DNA of 63,066 bases, filler included, from Ministeria vibrans ATCC 50519 (taxonomy: Eukaryota > Protista > Filasterea), in the NCBI GenBank assembly GCA_943704425.1. It is 7 parts of 7 records of this genome, joined end to end, with 100 filler letters (N's around TTAATTAATTAA, not from the genome) between each part and the next. Parts side by side here need not be neighbours in the genome. Positions count along the whole stretch, not along the records: positions 59,946 to 61,965 come from CALSCP010000285.1; positions 62,066 to 63,066 come from CALSCP010001069.1; 5 more parts are not named here. One strand, written 5' to 3'. Shown one piece after another: positions 60,146 to 63,066 of the stretch. The notes under the pieces were generated by a model. It ran no database searches and was not told where the DNA came from. It saw only the letters and a list, made by a program, of their open reading frames with translations. Position 1 is the stretch's first letter, and every line of letters starts with the position of its first letter. The position numbers and the translations under genes were made by a program.

Positions 60146-61892
60146 CCCTTTCCCATAGCGGCATTCTTGACAAGGCCACTGTGGACGTCCACGGCCGCCT
60201 TGAGCTTGGCACGGCGGTCCTCCATCGAGACGGACTCATCAAGGAAGGCATCGGCGAGCTCCACCGACTCCTTGCACGCTGGACGGATCGTCTCGGTGCG
60301 CCCGTGCTTGAACGCAGCCGTCGAGCAGCTCTCGTAGGTTGACACTGACTTGCCCTTCCAGCGTTTGTGTGCAATCTGGAAGGCCATTTGCATTGCGCCG
60401 TCCGGCGACAGCTTGTGCTGCTTAAAGTAATCCTTGCCGACACCCTCCATCTCGTGCATCGCAATGTTCAGGCGCGCTGTCTCTCCTGCAAACCGTGTGC
60501 GTGCGTCCTCAATACTCTAAAGAGGCGAACAAAAAATCACTCAGTCAGTATGTATGCGAGTGAGCGTGCTAAATCTTCGTGTAGAAAAACGCACCTGTTT
60601 GACTGAGTCTGTCAGGTTAAACTCAAGTCGCTTCACAATAGACATGTCGTCGCCCTCGTACACCTCCGGCACGTCCAACACCTCTGTCAGCTCAGTGTAC
60701 ACCTCGTTGAAGTATCTATGAAAGGCCCCAGACAAAAACAAGTGCAGAGGTCAGCTATGGACGCTCTTCATCCGTCTCCATCGCCTCGTCGCACCTCAGA
60801 ACAGCAACACCGTCGCCCCAGGCATGCTCAAAGTTGACACCGGCCGAGCCATTACCAAGAACGTTGACGGAAAAGCTCTTGTCGAACCAGCGGTTGCCGT
60901 CGTCGGCCGATCCGTGCAGCATGACGGCCGAGAATTCCTCGCGCGTTGCAGGAATGGTGTCGTCAAGGGACAGGACAAAGAGTGCCGAGTCGATTTCACT
61001 GAGGAGCTCCTCGTTGTTCTTGTCGGCAATAAGCTCGGTACGGGCCCGTGCCCACACATCCCGGTTCTCGGTGGTGAGCAAGCCCAGAGGGTGTTCGGCC
61101 ACAGGAAGATCTAATGTGAGATTAGAGAGTGAGATAAAGTGTGGGTATCTATGTGTGTGTCTGTGTGTGGGTGTATTTTGGTGGCATCCATGTATTATAT
61201 ATATATATATATGTGTGTGTGTGTGAAGGACATAGAGATGCGAGTTGCGTACCGGCTTGGAGGATCTCGCGGATGCCACGGTGGAGCACATCGGCGGCGA
61301 AAGGGGTGAGCAAGCCGTCGTCGTTGCGGTGGTGCAGAGTGCCCACTGTCATCTTCCATGTGTGACCCCGGTGCATCACGATCACGTGGTCCGAGTCCAA
61401 GTATGTGCGCAACGCATCGGCTTCGAGGCGAGGCACGCGAGTGCTGGCAAACAATCGTCTGTACTGACTGTGGTGTGTGCGTAAGAAAGTGTGAACACCC
61501 AAGACATGTGATAATGTCTCTCAATTCACATGGCGCGTACCTCATGTCAAGAGCATAGGCGTTGTTCCAGTAGCCATAGAACCAAGCCAAGGCGTCGGGC
61601 ACCATGTTGGCAATGGTCTTGAAGCGACTTGTATCGCTCTTGGCAGCGTTCATGTGATACACATCAGGCGACAGCTGGTTGCTCATCATGGCATTGCGGA
61701 AGCGCGTTGTCGCGCGAATGATGTTCGTAGCGCGGACTGCTTGCTCTTGGTGCGGTCCTTCCTGGTCCTTGAACGCCAGGTAAGGGTTGACGTTGAGCGG
61801 AAGCGGGTCGCGCCCTTCCAGGTACATGGCGAACCAGTAGTCACTGATGTAACTCGATTGCTTCAGTGCCTTCGCCTTGGCCTCCAGCTCCG
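60146..61892 (-). CDS. CPT2: Carnitine palmitoyltransferase 2 (internal part)
   Basis: YLEGRDPLPLNVNP, AYALDMSQYRRLFASTRVP, NRWFDKSF, NFEHAWGDGVAVLR, STYESCSTAAFKHGRTETIR. Confidence 0.93.
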
Positions 61893-62065
61893 TCTACACC
61901 ACGACACCCATCAAATACAAATCAATACAAAAGGCGAACAGAGAGCGTGATCGAGCGTGATCGAGNNNNNNNNNNNNNNNNNNNNNNNNNNNNNNNNNNN
62001 NNNNNNNNNTTAATTAATTAANNNNNNNNNNNNNNNNNNNNNNNNNNNNNNNNNNNNNNNNNNNN

Positions 62066-62173
<108 letters not shown>

Positions 62174-62250
62174 AACTCTCTCTCTCTTAAACTCTCTCTC
62201 TCTTAAACTCTCTCTCTCTCTTAAACTCTCTCTCTCTCTCTCAAAAGTTA

Positions 62251-62846
62251 CCGGGTCTCTTTGTTCCTGTTCCCTTTCGTGCAGTAAGATACTCAATGCT
62301 CTTGTCAATGGTCACTTGTGTAATCTGCTCCCGCCACTGCGCGAAACACGCGCGAATTCGCTCCACAAGAGAGTCTTCGCGATCCAACACTCGAGTCGTC
62401 ACTATTCCCCCGACATCAGTTTTGACCGGAGGAGGTTCTTTTGCTCTTTTGTGGTCGTACCATTCTGTAATTTGGAAAGAACGCTGCGCAGCGCTTCTTC
62501 AAAGAGCACAAGAGCCTTTTCGGTGGCATCCACATAGCGAGTGCGGTCGAAGTTGTATTTTTTAACGGCCATCGTGTACTCTTCGCACATTTGGTCCATG
62601 CGTTGCTTGAGTTTGCGGTTTTCCTTGCTCGCTTTTTCCGAGTCCTTGGTCGAGCCAACCAGTGAGTTGGCCTTGAGCACAAACGTAGAGTACTCTTGAC
62701 ACGCGCGAAAGTAGTGGCGACGCGCGCGTAGAAAGGCTGCCGACGAGGACAGCAAAATGGCACGCAACTCGGGAACGTGAAGCTCTTTGAATCCCACCGG
62801 AGGCTTCGGCGCCGTTCCGTCCGCGCCAATACCAGCCTCTTTCAAC
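62251..62846 (-). CDS. F-BAR-like coiled-coil fragment
   Basis: RARRHYFRACQE...EEYTMAVKKYNFDRTRY...IEYLTARKGTGTKRP resembles the end of an F-BAR domain (GTG..RP). Confidence 0.55.
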
Positions 62847-62938
62847 TCTACACGTCATTATGAAAACAATAATAATACCATTAATGAAAAGTGGCGTGTT
62901 GTGGTGGAGCTTAGACATCTCTCTCTCTCTATCACTTT

Positions 62939-63025
<87 letters not shown>

Positions 63026-63066
63026 AACTCTCTCTCTCTCTCTCTCGAACTCTCTCGAACTCTCTC

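Overview
This is eukaryotic genomic DNA: gene-dense, with short GT-AG introns and many microsatellites. The gene content (COX7A, Vav-like RhoGEF, FAM172A, MRPS27-like, prosaposin-like) suggests a unicellular relative of animals, but that is inference. The window is not one continuous locus. Six 100-bp N44-TTAATTAATTAA-N44 linkers join at least seven contigs, and genes are truncated at these joins. Recognisable genes are COX7A, SAE1, EME1, USP, RPP38-like, Vav-like, CHMP2A, MRPL27, an NDT-like gene, a multi-saposin gene, FAM172A, a DEK-C/SWIB gene, MRPS27-like, MCM5 (fragment), SMC3, TCERG1 (3' part), NDC80 (5' part), a RhoGAP-fold protein, CPT2 (part) and an F-BAR fragment. The most unusual items are: (1) a tandem pair of intronless F-box/ankyrin genes with hypervariable repeat positions and one inverted repeat unit; (2) a Crinkler-like nuclease-kinase gene bracketed by a duplicated piece of the neighbouring gene; (3) a C2 + TM + bacterial-type dCache receptor; (4) EME1 with an N-terminal CUE domain; (5) a Vav-like GEF with no SH2/SH3 tail; (6) a 21-nt inverted copy of an NDC80 exon just upstream of that gene; (7) a spliced 44-aa basic microprotein. 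All family calls come from motif recognition by eye, not from database searches.
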